The notes under the pieces: model-generated
The model's database searches: none
Told to the model about the DNA's origin: nothing
The model's input: the letters and a program-made list of their open reading frames with translations, nothing else
In this document: in pieces, positions 1 to 9,867 of the stretch
Position numbering within the stretch: the first letter of the stretch is position 1
Layout: each line of letters opens with the position of its first letter
Program-made: the position numbers and the translations under genes
NCBI GenBank assembly: GCA_002477905.1
Contig: DLLB01000064.1
Location: forward strand, 18,683 to 54,044
Direction of reading: 5' to 3'
Length of the DNA stretch: 35,362 nucleotides
DNA from: Clostridiales bacterium UBA7573
GTDB taxonomy: Bacteria; Bacillota; Clostridia; Oscillospirales; CAG-272

Positions 1-59
1 ATACTGCCGCAACCGGAATACCGGTTTTTACCGGACGGAAAAAAAGCGGAGGACGGAAC

Positions 60-935
60 ATGGAGTTTTTGTTTTTGACTGGCATGAGCGGCGCAGGAAA
101 ATCACAGGCGGCAAATGTTTTGGAGGACATCGGGTATTATTGCATTGATAATATGCCTGCCGCATTAATCTTGCCGTTTGCGGATATTTATACGCAGTCG
201 CCCGGAAAATTCACCAAAGTCGCCTTTGTCGTGGATACCCGTGGAGAAATGGAGTTTGATACGCTCAAAAGTGCGATTTTGCGCTTACGGGAAAACGGAA
301 ACAGTTGTCGGTTGATTTTTTTGGACTGTGCGGACGTTGTGCTCTCCAACCGTTATCGAGAAAGTCGGCGGATGCATCCGCTTGCGGCAAAGTACGGAAT
401 TTCCGTATCGGAGGCATTGGCAAAGGAACGGGCACTGCTTGCCACGTTACACGATCAGCAGGATTACCTTATTGACACGACCAATCTCACCGTCCGGCAG
501 TTGAAAGAGAAACTCAACGCCATTCTGCTTGGGAAAACCGAGGGGAGCCTTCTGGTCAGTTGCGTATCGTTCGGCTTCAAATACGGCATTTTGCAGGACG
601 CTGATCTGGTCTTTGATGTGCGTTGCTTTAAAAATCCATATTGGGAACCGGCTTTGCGCGAGAAAACGGGATTGGACGAAGAAGTGCGCGCCTATGTGTT
701 TTCCGATCCGCATACCGAAAAGTTTTTGACGCAACTGGAGCAAATGCTGGATGAATTGATGCCGCTGTACATGAAAGAAGGAAAAACGCAACTCACCATC
801 GGCATCGGTTGTACCGGCGGAAAGCATCGTTCCGTTGCCATTACCGAGGAACTTTGTCTGTATTTGCGCACACAAGCCTACAATGCCATTTCCCTGCACA
901 GGGATATTATCAAAAAATCGGCAGTCGATAAATAA
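60..935 (+). CDS. rapZ: RapZ/YvcJ-family nucleotide-binding RNase adapter protein
   Basis: 291-aa ORF with an N-terminal Walker A motif (GMSGAGKS) and the C-terminal GCTGGKHRSV motif typical of RapZ/YvcJ. GGAGG lies 7 nt upstream of the ATG. Confidence 0.9.
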   Translation: MEFLFLTGMSGAGKSQAANVLEDIGYYCIDNMPAALILPFADIYTQSPGKFTKVAFVVDTRGEMEFDTLKSAILRLRENGNSCRLIFLDCADVVLSNRYRESRRMHPLAAKYGISVSEALAKERALLATLHDQQDYLIDTTNLTVRQLKEKLNAILLGKTEGSLLVSCVSFGFKYGILQDADLVFDVRCFKNPYWEPALREKTGLDEEVRAYVFSDPHTEKFLTQLEQMLDELMPLYMKEGKTQLTIGIGCTGGKHRSVAITEELCLYLRTQAYNAISLHRDIIKKSAVDK

Positions 936-958
936 CGGGGCAGACCGAGGAGAATTTC

Positions 959-1774
959 ATGGAAGAAAAAAGCTTTACCGCGGCGATGAAAGAAGCGCTT
1001 GCAAAAATTCCGGTACGGACAAGCTGTTGTGCTACGGCGTTTTGCTACGCGCTTTGCCGGTATGCGCTTTTGCACACGGAAACGGCACAAGATGGACTGA
1101 GCGGACTGTGCAAACGGTTGTTCCGGTATCCTGCGGTAAAAGAAGCGACCGCGCTTGCGTTGGAACAGCAAAAGCCTCCCGCATTTGCATGTGAGGAATG
1201 CGCCGGCGTGTATGTGCGCGGCGCATTTTTGCGATGCGGGCATATGACCGATCCCGCGCGATCCTATCATTTGGAATTCTGTTTGCAGGATAAACAGGCA
1301 GCGCAGGAACTTCAGGGGGTTTTGTGTGAGCTTTCCTTTGAACCGGGCGTGTCGCATCGCGGACAGAAAACCGTGCTGTATTATAAAAGCCGGGACAAAA
1401 TTCAGGATGTGCTGACCTGTATCGGCGCACAGCAACAGGTGTTTGCGGTGGCAAATACCGTCATTCGTCGGGATCTGCGCAACGAAGCCAATCGGCTTGC
1501 CAACTGTGACGCCGCCAATCTTGCCAAAAGTGCCACTGCCGCTTCCCCGCAACTGCGTGCGATTCGTGCGCTGGAACAGGCGGGACTGCTGGATTCTTTG
1601 CCGGAGGAACTGGCGATGACCGCCCGGTTGCGCTTGCAGTATCCGGAGGCATCTTTGCCGGAGCTTGCGAAATTGCATCCGGTATCCATGACCAAATCCG
1701 GCGTGTATCATCGTTTGCAGAAGATTCTTGCGCTTGCGCAGACGTATTCTGACGGCAAGCCGGCAGATTTTTAA
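959..1774 (+). CDS. whiA: DNA-binding protein WhiA (short form, 271 aa)
   Basis: Central RDLRNEANRLANCDAANL motif and a C-terminal HTH (MTKSGVYHRLQKI) characteristic of WhiA/YvcL. GAGGAG RBS. It sits 23 nt after rapZ, matching conserved Firmicute synteny. Confidence 0.85.
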   Translation: MEEKSFTAAMKEALAKIPVRTSCCATAFCYALCRYALLHTETAQDGLSGLCKRLFRYPAVKEATALALEQQKPPAFACEECAGVYVRGAFLRCGHMTDPARSYHLEFCLQDKQAAQELQGVLCELSFEPGVSHRGQKTVLYYKSRDKIQDVLTCIGAQQQVFAVANTVIRRDLRNEANRLANCDAANLAKSATAASPQLRAIRALEQAGLLDSLPEELAMTARLRLQYPEASLPELAKLHPVSMTKSGVYHRLQKILALAQTYSDGKPADF

Positions 1775-1804
1775 CGGGCGGGAAGAAAAGAAAGGAAAGG
1801 ATCC

Positions 1805-4800
1805 ATGGGAGAGTTTGTACATCTGCATTTGCACAGCGAATACAGCATGCTGGACGGTGCATGCCGCATCCGGGAGATTCCGCACGCGGCGGCGGCGGCG
1901 GGGCACCGCGCAGTGGCGTTAACGGATCATGGTGTCATGTACGGCGCCGCGGCTTTCTGCCGTGCCTGTGAGGCAAACGGCGTGAAGCCGATCATCGGAT
2001 GCGAGGTGTATGTGGTGCCGGACAGTCGGTTTACCAAAGAGCATACGCCGGATGCCAAATACGCGCATCTGATCCTGCTGGTCAAAAATGAGGAGGGATA
2101 CCGCAATCTCATTGCCATGGTGTCAAAATCCTTTACCGAGGGTTTTTATTCCAAGCCGCGGGTGGATTTTGCATTACTGGCGGAATATCACACGGGACTG
2201 ATTGCGCTGTCCGCGTGCTTAAGCGGCGGGATTCCGAAGGCGATTCTGGCAGATGATTTGGACGGTGCAAAGGAATACGCCCTGCGCTTAAAAACGCTTT
2301 TCGGCACAGATTTTTATTTGGAATTACAAGATCATGGAATTGCGGCGCAAAAAACGGTCAACCGCGCGCTTTTGGAACTGTCGCGGGAGCTTTCCATTCC
2401 GTTGGTGGCAACCAACGATGTACATTACCTTACCAAAGAGGACGCGGACGCGCAGACGGCGCTGCTATGTATCCGCATGAACCGTGCGCTTGCGGAAAGC
2501 GCGGAAGTTGGTTTTCCGACCAAAGAGTTTTACTATAAATCCACGGAAGAAATGGAAGCGCTGTTTTCGGATTGTGCCGAAGCCATTGCCAACACCGTGC
2601 AGATCGCGGAGCAATGTAATTACTCGGTGCGCGGCGATGCCCTGCAATTTCCGGTTTTCACTCTGCCGCAGGGCATGGACGCAAAAAAATACCTGCGTAC
2701 CCTGGCATTAGACGGATGGAAAGCGCGCGTTGCGCGCGGAGAAATTCAGTATACGGAGGACCGCACCGAAGAAGACTATAAAATGCGCATGGAATATGAA
2801 CTGTTGGTGATCGGTTCCATGGGATATGCGACGTATTATCTGATCGTGTGGGATTTCATTCATTATGCGAAAGAGCATGGAATTCCGGTCGGACCGGGCA
2901 GAGGGAGCGGCGCAGGCTCGCTTGTCGCATATTTCATCGGCATCACGGACGTGGATTCCTTGAAATATCAGCTTTTGTTTGAACGCTTTCTCAATCCGGA
3001 GCGGGTGAGCATGCCGGATTTTGATGTGGATTTCTGCTATGACCGGCGTGGAGAAGTGATCCGGTATGTGATCGAAAAGTACGGGCAGGATCATGTTTCG
3101 CAGATTGTCACCTTCGGAACCCTTGCCGCCCGCGCGGCGATTCGGGACATTGGGCGTGTCATGCGCTTGCCCTATGCAGAGGTGGACGCCGTTTGCGCGC
3201 TGATTCCCCGCACGCCGGGGATTACGCTTGCGCAAGTGTGGGAACAGAGTGAAAAACTGCGTGAAATGGCGCAGCAACCGCAGATCGGAAAATTGCTGGA
3301 TCTTGCAAAACGATTGGAGGGGATGCCGCGGCATATTTCCACGCATGCCGCCGGCGTGGTGATTACTCCAAAGCCGGTCAGCCATTATCTGCCGCTCGCG
3401 GTCAGCGGGGATACGGTGGTTACCCAGTATGATATGGATACAGTGGCGGAATTGGGGTTGCTGAAATTTGATTTTCTGGGACTGCGGTATTTAACGGTGT
3501 GCGCGGATACGGAGCGTATGGTGCAAAAGAAAAATCCGAAGTTTTCGCTTTCCACCCTGCCAACGGACGACGAGGCGACATACGCGATGCTTTCCCATGG
3601 ACAGACAGACGGGGTGTTTCAATTGGAATCCGGCGGGATGAAGCAGACCTTGATGAAACTGCAACCCACCTGTATGGAGGACATCATGGTTGCCATTGCG
3701 CTTTATCGTCCCGGACCGATGGATTCCATCCCGCGCTTTCTTGCCAACCGGGCGGAACCGAAAGCCCTGTCTTATCCGATTGAAAAACTGGAACCGATTT
3801 TGTCCCCCACTTATGGTTGCATCGTTTATCAGGAACAGGTGATGCAGATTTGCCGGAGTGTGGCGGGGTATTCGTTCGGAAAAGCGGACAAGGTGCGCCG
3901 GATCATGGCAAAGAAAAAAGTAGCGCAGATGGAAAACGAGCGCAAGAATTTTCTTGCCGGTGCCAAACAGAACTTTATCGACGAATCCGTTGCAAATGCG
4001 CTCTTTGACGATATGAGCAGTTTTGCAAGTTATGCGTTCAATAAAAGTCACGCCGCTTCCTACGCGATCATTTCCTATCGGACGGCTTATTTAAAGCGGC
4101 ACTATCCGGCAGAATATTTTGCGGCGCTGTTATCCTCGGTTTTGGACAGTCAGACCAAAACCGCACAGTACCTTGCGGAAGCATTGCACGAGGGGATACG
4201 CATCTTACCGCCGGACATCAACGCAAGCGATGTGCGCGATACCGTCGGCGCAGAGGATTCCACCATTCGCTTCGGGATGCTTGGCGTGCGCAATATTGGG
4301 ACGAATTTCGCTGTGCAGGTTGTGGAGGAGCGGAAGAAACGTCCTTACCGTTCGTTTATGGACTTTCTGACGCGTCTTACCGACGCAAATCTCATCCGCA
4401 CCGCATTGGAAAGCGCGATCAAGGCGGGAATGTTCGACTCACTTGGGGAGAATCGGGCAAGACTCCTTGCCGCTTTGCCGACTTTGCTTGAACAAACGGC
4501 GGCAGGCAGACGCAATCATATAGAGGGACAGCTGAATCTGTTTACGATGGATGACGCGGCAGACGCCGCGTCCGATACGTATGACTATCCCGATGTGCCG
4601 GAGTTTTCGGAAAAGGAAAAGGGAAATTTGGAGCGGGAGAGCACCGGATTCTATTTTTCGTTCCATCCCTTGGACGAGTTTTCCGAGCAGATTGCATTTT
4701 TGCAGGCGACGCCTGTGGAACAGATCAAGCAAGCCTTGGAGGACGCAGCGGAAGGGGAATGGGAACATCGCCGCGTGACGCTTGCCGGTGTGATCAGCCG

Positions 4801-5398
4801 ATGCAAGACGCAGACCACGAAAAACGGAGAACCGATGGCGTTTCTCACGTTGGAAGATCGGCTGGGAGAAATAGAACTGGTGGCGTTTCCGAAAGTATAC
4901 GCGCAAAATCGTGCCACGCTTTGCGAACAGGATGCCGTTGCCGTGCTGTGTGACCTCAAATTTCGGGAGGAGGATGTCAGCGCGGTATTACAGCGGGTGA
5001 TGCCGCTATTGCCGAATGTGGAATTTGCAAAGCATCGTCCCGTCTCACCGCAGGTTCCGCCGCTGGCACAGTCCGAACCGCAAAGCCGGATTCCGACTGC
5101 CGTGCCTGCCGAACCGCCCACACCTCCCGTATCGAACGGAGGGACGGGATCCCATGCGACGGCACCGGCGGAAGTGCAGGCGGCAAATCGGTTGTTTTTA
5201 CGCCTGCCAGCCGAAAACGATCCCCGCTTTTTACGCTTGTGCGCGATGATCCGCATTTTTGAGGGGCAGACGGAGGTCTGTTTCTATTTTACGGATACCA
5301 AAACCTATCGGCGCTATGCCTATAAAACCCGTCTTTCTCCTTATCTGCTCGCGCAATATACTGCTTTGCTCGGAGAAGAAAATGTAATTTTGCGCTGA
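1805..5398 (+). CDS. dnaE: DNA polymerase III alpha subunit, DnaE type
   Basis: 1197-aa ORF with an N-terminal PHP domain (HLHLHSEYSMLDG), the palm catalytic motif PDFDVDF and the FNKSHAASYA motif. AAAGGAAAGGA RBS. Confidence 0.95.
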   Translation: MGEFVHLHLHSEYSMLDGACRIREIPHAAAAAGHRAVALTDHGVMYGAAAFCRACEANGVKPIIGCEVYVVPDSRFTKEHTPDAKYAHLILLVKNEEGYRNLIAMVSKSFTEGFYSKPRVDFALLAEYHTGLIALSACLSGGIPKAILADDLDGAKEYALRLKTLFGTDFYLELQDHGIAAQKTVNRALLELSRELSIPLVATNDVHYLTKEDADAQTALLCIRMNRALAESAEVGFPTKEFYYKSTEEMEALFSDCAEAIANTVQIAEQCNYSVRGDALQFPVFTLPQGMDAKKYLRTLALDGWKARVARGEIQYTEDRTEEDYKMRMEYELLVIGSMGYATYYLIVWDFIHYAKEHGIPVGPGRGSGAGSLVAYFIGITDVDSLKYQLLFERFLNPERVSMPDFDVDFCYDRRGEVIRYVIEKYGQDHVSQIVTFGTLAARAAIRDIGRVMRLPYAEVDAVCALIPRTPGITLAQVWEQSEKLREMAQQPQIGKLLDLAKRLEGMPRHISTHAAGVVITPKPVSHYLPLAVSGDTVVTQYDMDTVAELGLLKFDFLGLRYLTVCADTERMVQKKNPKFSLSTLPTDDEATYAMLSHGQTDGVFQLESGGMKQTLMKLQPTCMEDIMVAIALYRPGPMDSIPRFLANRAEPKALSYPIEKLEPILSPTYGCIVYQEQVMQICRSVAGYSFGKADKVRRIMAKKKVAQMENERKNFLAGAKQNFIDESVANALFDDMSSFASYAFNKSHAASYAIISYRTAYLKRHYPAEYFAALLSSVLDSQTKTAQYLAEALHEGIRILPPDINASDVRDTVGAEDSTIRFGMLGVRNIGTNFAVQVVEERKKRPYRSFMDFLTRLTDANLIRTALESAIKAGMFDSLGENRARLLAALPTLLEQTAAGRRNHIEGQLNLFTMDDAADAASDTYDYPDVPEFSEKEKGNLERESTGFYFSFHPLDEFSEQIAFLQATPVEQIKQALEDAAEGEWEHRRVTLAGVISRCKTQTTKNGEPMAFLTLEDRLGEIELVAFPKVYAQNRATLCEQDAVAVLCDLKFREEDVSAVLQRVMPLLPNVEFAKHRPVSPQVPPLAQSEPQSRIPTAVPAEPPTPPVSNGGTGSHATAPAEVQAANRLFLRLPAENDPRFLRLCAMIRIFEGQTEVCFYFTDTKTYRRYAYKTRLSPYLLAQYTALLGEENVILR

Positions 5399-5489
5399 TA
5401 CGTTGTTTTTTGCAAATCATTGGCAAGTCATTTTTGCGGATAAACGTCTGCTTTTTTCCGATACTAACGGAGAAGAAAGGACGAGTGTT

Positions 5490-8006
5490 ATGTCAAAAAC
5501 CAAACCACACGATTCCGCCGTCCGAAAAGACGGCGGTTTTTTTGCCTTTTGGAAAGGATTTTGCAGAGCGGGACTGTTTACCGCGCTGTTTTTTCTGCTG
5601 TTCGGCGCGTTTACCGCATTTGGAATCGGTTATTATATCCGACATTTTCCTGTGGAGGATGCCTTGTTTGCTTCCATGCGTTCTCAAAATCAGACCAGTG
5701 CGCTCTGTGACCGCAACGGGACGGTCTACGCCACGCTTTACGATGGAGAAAACCGCTCCTCCGTGCCGTCGGAAGCCATGCCGGCTCTTTTGAAAAACGC
5801 GTTTCTTGCGATCGAAGATCAGCGATTTTATACGCATCCCGGCGTGGATGCCAGACGAACTGCCGGCGCAGTCTTACAAAAGCTGCGCGGCGGACAGCGC
5901 TATGGCGGTTCGACGATCACGCAGCAGCTTGTCAAAAATCTGAGCGGAGAAAATGAGATCACATACCGCCGGAAACTGCGGGAAATTGCGCGCGCACGGC
6001 GCATGGAACAGGAATATGACAAAGACACCATTTTAACCTGCTATCTCAATACCATCCCTTTGGGAGCGCACTGTTATGGAGTGGAAGCCGCGGCGCAATA
6101 CTACTTCGGAAAATCCTGTATGGAGCTGAACCTGACCGAATGCGCCGCGCTTGCGGCGATCCCAAAAGCACCCTCCCGCATGGATCCCATCCGGCATCCG
6201 GAAGAAAACGCCGCCCGCCGCGCATTGGTATTGCAGAAGATGCGGGAGCTTTCCATGATTGACGATGCCGCCTATGAAACAGCTCTGCAAACGCCGCTTC
6301 GGACGGTCGGCGCGACGAAACAGACGCAGGAAATGACTTCGTGGTACACCGACGCGGTGATTACGGAAGCAACCCGTGTGCTGTGCGATAACGCCAAATT
6401 GACGCAGTCGCAGGCAAAGCGTCTCCTGTATACCGGAGGATTGACGATTGAAACGGCGGTGGATCTGCAAATACAGGATCTGTTGGAACAATTTTTTGCC
6501 GACAGCCGGAATTTTCCCGCCGTAGATGACAATTTTGTGCAACCGGAGTGTGCGCTTGTATTGACGGATGCCCAAAGCGGCGCTATTTTGGGATTGATCG
6601 GAGGCAGAGAAAAAGCGGGAAGCCGGGTATTGAGTTTCGCAACGGACACCACCCGTCCGCCCGGTTCCGCTATTAAACCGCTTTCTGTATATGCACCGGC
6701 GCTGGAGCTCGGCAAGATCACTTATGCCAGCGTGATCGACGATACGCCGGCGGTGTTTGATGACGCGCATCCACGCGGCTGGCCTGCCAACTATCCTGCG
6801 GTATATCGGGGATTGACGCCGGTGCATGACGCGGTGGCAAGATCGGTCAATACTGTTGCGGTAAAAGTGCTTTCGGAGATGGGAGAAGCGGAATCGTTCC
6901 GCTTTTTACAGGAACAATTGGGGATTTCCTCGCTTGTGACGGCGAAAGTGCAGAAAAACGGCGCGGTTTTGACGGATCTTGCGGCGGCGCCGCTTGCATT
7001 GGGGCAGCTTTCCTACGGGGTGAGCGTGAAAGAACTGACCGGCGCCTATACCTGTCTTGCCGATAACGGGATTTACCACACGCCGCATACGGTGGTGAAA
7101 ATCACGGACGGCGCAGGAAATGTGCTTTATCATCGGAACACAACCGGCACGCAGGTGATCAGCCGCGGAAACGCGCAGATCATGACGCAGATGCTCAAAG
7201 AAGTTACCGCAAACGGGACTGCCTCCCGCCTTGGACTTGCCAAACAAACGGAAATTGCAGGGAAAACCGGTACGACCGGTGAAGATTGTGACCGTTGGTT
7301 TGTCGGCTATTCACCCAAGGTGGTATGCGGCGTATGGTTCGGGTATGCGTATCCGCAAAGTCTGACCGGTTTTTCCGAAACGAAAAGTCCCGCGCTTGCC
7401 GTATTTGACGGCGTAATGGGGGAATTATACCAAAAGATGCCGGAAAAGTTCGGAAGTTTTGAAACAGACAGCGTGGTGCGTGCGGTCTATTGTCGGGATT
7501 CGGGGAAACTGATTACGTCCGCCTGTCTGTGTGATCCGCGCGGAAGCCGACTGGAATGCGGTTACTTTACGCCGCAGACACTGCCGACCGAATGCTGTGA
7601 TTGTCATGTGATGACCGCGTGTGAAGCGAAAAACGGCGGCGTCCTGTGCGGTCCGCATCATGCGGATGCCTATTACTACGGACTGTTGCGGGTGGAACGG
7701 GATTTTCCACGTCAGATTTATGTGACGGACGCACAGTACACGGTGCGGGAGCTTGGTAATACAGCGCCAAAGTTCGCCCAGAATCAGCCGTACTATGCCG
7801 GTTTGCTGCAACCGGGGCATTTTGCGGGGATCTCCCGCGGCGGGCGACAGTTCAACCGCGCCGCCGAGACTTTGTATTATGACGAGCGGTTAGACGCGCC
7901 GCTTCCTTTGCCCGACGCTTTAGAGACGCCTGCTCCCTCCGCTCCCCCCGCTCCGGACGAAATGCCTGAACCGGAGGAGGAAAATACGGTGTATGAGGAT
8001 GAATAG
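5490..8006 (+). CDS. Class A (bifunctional) penicillin-binding protein, PBP1A family
   Basis: N-terminal TM anchor. GT51 motifs EDQRFYTHPGVD, GGSTITQQLVKN and RKLRE. Transpeptidase motifs SAIK (SxxK), SVN (SxN) and KTGTT. I chose the ATG at 5490 (GGAGAAGAAAGGA RBS upstream) over the TTG at 5403 in the ORF track. Confidence 0.9.
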   Translation: MSKTKPHDSAVRKDGGFFAFWKGFCRAGLFTALFFLLFGAFTAFGIGYYIRHFPVEDALFASMRSQNQTSALCDRNGTVYATLYDGENRSSVPSEAMPALLKNAFLAIEDQRFYTHPGVDARRTAGAVLQKLRGGQRYGGSTITQQLVKNLSGENEITYRRKLREIARARRMEQEYDKDTILTCYLNTIPLGAHCYGVEAAAQYYFGKSCMELNLTECAALAAIPKAPSRMDPIRHPEENAARRALVLQKMRELSMIDDAAYETALQTPLRTVGATKQTQEMTSWYTDAVITEATRVLCDNAKLTQSQAKRLLYTGGLTIETAVDLQIQDLLEQFFADSRNFPAVDDNFVQPECALVLTDAQSGAILGLIGGREKAGSRVLSFATDTTRPPGSAIKPLSVYAPALELGKITYASVIDDTPAVFDDAHPRGWPANYPAVYRGLTPVHDAVARSVNTVAVKVLSEMGEAESFRFLQEQLGISSLVTAKVQKNGAVLTDLAAAPLALGQLSYGVSVKELTGAYTCLADNGIYHTPHTVVKITDGAGNVLYHRNTTGTQVISRGNAQIMTQMLKEVTANGTASRLGLAKQTEIAGKTGTTGEDCDRWFVGYSPKVVCGVWFGYAYPQSLTGFSETKSPALAVFDGVMGELYQKMPEKFGSFETDSVVRAVYCRDSGKLITSACLCDPRGSRLECGYFTPQTLPTECCDCHVMTACEAKNGGVLCGPHHADAYYYGLLRVERDFPRQIYVTDAQYTVRELGNTAPKFAQNQPYYAGLLQPGHFAGISRGGRQFNRAAETLYYDERLDAPLPLPDALETPAPSAPPAPDEMPEPEEENTVYEDE

Positions 8007-8089
8007 GCAAGAATGACGATGGGGAAAAATGCGCATACTGTGTGCGGGGCAAACCCAGCCGGATTCAATCCGGAGAAGGAGAAATCCAC

Positions 8090-8413
8090 ATGAATGGTAT
8101 CAGATCAATCAGAAAAATGGCAGGTTGTTTTACGGCAAAATCCCATTCCACACTCGCCGTGCTCGCACTTTGCGGCGCAGGGCTTGCGCTCGCGGCAAGC
8201 ACTGTGACGATGCTCATGCAGTGCAAACTCCTCCCCTGCCCGCAGAAAAAATGCGGGTGCGGAAAGGGCATATCTTTGGATGGTGCGCAAACGCTTGCGA
8301 ATCAAACGGGAGAAACATTTGTCGGCGCGGCGGATATTTGCCATGCCGGAGAAACGGACGGAACGTGCGGATGCGCGCCTTTGACGCCGCCGGACGATCT
8401 GCCGCGCACCTGA
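8090..8413 (+). CDS. Hypothetical small Cys-rich membrane-anchored protein (107 aa)
   Basis: AAGGAGAA RBS before the ATG at 8090. One N-terminal hydrophobic helix (LAVLALCGAGLALAASTV), 9 Cys including CGCG and CGC pairs, and an intrinsic terminator directly downstream. I recognise no family. Confidence 0.5.
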   Translation: MNGIRSIRKMAGCFTAKSHSTLAVLALCGAGLALAASTVTMLMQCKLLPCPQKKCGCGKGISLDGAQTLANQTGETFVGAADICHAGETDGTCGCAPLTPPDDLPRT

Positions 8414-8434
8414 AATTCTTTTCTAAGTCAAGAA

Positions 8435-8467
8435 ACACCCGGTTCTTACAGAAATCGGGTGTTTTTT
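8435..8467 (+). terminator. Rho-independent terminator after the PBP / small-protein unit
   Basis: ACACCCG ... CGGGTGT stem followed by TTTTT. Confidence 0.7.
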
Positions 8468-8493
8468 CAGAGGTTACCGCCGGAAATTGTGAC

Positions 8494-8522
8494 TTGACAA
8501 CGCTTCGGCTTTGACGTATAAT
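8494..8522 (+). promoter_or_regulatory. Sigma-A type promoter for the flavoprotein-cmk-plsC-ispH operon
   Basis: TTGACA, exact 17-nt spacer, TATAAT. Confidence 0.65.
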
Positions 8523-8571
8523 AAAACGGTATGAGAATTTTGTCAAAGACGGAAGAAAGGCGGCAAAGCAC

Positions 8572-9867
8572 ATGGGAAACGGACGGGTAGCGGTGATCGG
8601 CGGCGGTGCCGCAGGCATGCTTGCGGCGGCAGTGGCGGCAGAAAACGGCGCGGCGGTGACGCTGTTTGAAAAAAATGAAAAACTCGGCCGAAAACTCGGC
8701 ATCACAGGCAAAGGCAGATGCAATGTCACCAATCACTGCGATGTGCAGACCGTCCTTGCCAATATTCCGCGTAATCCGCGCTTTTTACAGTCGGCATTGT
8801 ATACGTTTTCGCCGGCAGATACGATGGCGCTTATGGAACGATTGGGCGTGGAACTGAAAACCGAACGCGGCAATCGGGTGTTTCCGGTTTCCGACCGTGC
8901 TTCGGAGATTGTTCATGCGCTTCGCACTTATCTTACGCAGACAGGCGTTGTGGTAAAGCATGCGCCGGTGCAGGCACTGCGATTTGCCGGACAAGCGGAA
9001 TCGCCCCGCAGAATATGCGGATTGTACGCGATGGGGAAAGCCTATGATTTTGACGCAGTTATCGTCGCGACCGGCGGCGTTTCGTACCCTCTGACCGGCT
9101 CCACCGGCGACGGCTACCGCTTTGCCGCGTCCGCAGGACATACGGTGATCTCGCCTGCACCGTCGCTTGTGCCCTTGGAAACCAAAGACGCTTTTTGCCG
9201 GCAGCTGACGGGGCTTTCCTTAAAAAATACCGGACTTCGCCTGTATGATATGCAGTGCGGTGGCGCACTGGTCTACGAAGATTTCGGAGAACTGATGTTC
9301 ACGCATTTTGGGTTGACCGGACCGATGATTCTTTCCGCTTCCGCGCATTGTACCAAGCGCCCGTTGGATCGTTATGAAATTTCACTGGATCTGAAGCCGG
9401 CGCTGGATGCACAAAAACTGGACGAACGGCTCTTGAGAGATTTTGCGCAAAACTGTAACCGGAATTTTGAACATGCGCTGGACGCCTTGCTTCCAAAACG
9501 GCTGATTGCGGTGGTTATTGCAAAAAGCGGGATTGCCAAAGAAACAAAAGTACACGATATTACCCGTGTACAGCGGCAGGCGCTGTTACAACAGCTCAAG
9601 GATTTCCGGATTTCCGTCAAGGGCTTTCGCCCGATTGCAGAGGCGATTATTACCGCAGGCGGCGTTTGTGTGAAAGAAGTCACGCCCAAGACCATGGAAT
9701 CCAAGTGTTGTCGCGGGCTGTTTTTTGCCGGAGAAGTTTTAGACGTGGACGCCTATACCGGCGGATTTAATTTACAGATTGCATTTTCCACCGCCTATGC
9801 GGCGGGACGCGGCGCGGCACAGGCTTGTGCAGAAGCAACCGCGCAGAAAGAGGAGGAAGTTTTATGA
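8572..9867 (+). CDS. NAD(P)/FAD-dependent oxidoreductase, HI0933/BaiN-like flavoprotein family
   Basis: N-terminal dinucleotide-binding motif VIGGGAAGMLAA followed by the GKGRCNVTN motif typical of the HI0933 family. 431 aa. Confidence 0.85.
   Translation: MGNGRVAVIGGGAAGMLAAAVAAENGAAVTLFEKNEKLGRKLGITGKGRCNVTNHCDVQTVLANIPRNPRFLQSALYTFSPADTMALMERLGVELKTERGNRVFPVSDRASEIVHALRTYLTQTGVVVKHAPVQALRFAGQAESPRRICGLYAMGKAYDFDAVIVATGGVSYPLTGSTGDGYRFAASAGHTVISPAPSLVPLETKDAFCRQLTGLSLKNTGLRLYDMQCGGALVYEDFGELMFTHFGLTGPMILSASAHCTKRPLDRYEISLDLKPALDAQKLDERLLRDFAQNCNRNFEHALDALLPKRLIAVVIAKSGIAKETKVHDITRVQRQALLQQLKDFRISVKGFRPIAEAIITAGGVCVKEVTPKTMESKCCRGLFFAGEVLDVDAYTGGFNLQIAFSTAYAAGRGAAQACAEATAQKEEEVL

Noticed and set aside
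5403-5489. N-terminal extensions offered by the ORF track (PBP from TTG 5403, and likewise ABC-F to 27121 and the large gene to 35212)
   Set aside because: Internal ATGs with good RBSs give canonical N-termini (TM anchor, Walker A region, signal peptide). The ABC-F extension would include its own promoter.
8029-8514. 161-aa ORF overlapping the small Cys-rich protein in another frame
   Set aside because: The product is Arg-rich and low complexity, there is no RBS, and the ORF reads through the intrinsic terminator hairpin. The 8090 frame has a strong RBS and a TM helix.
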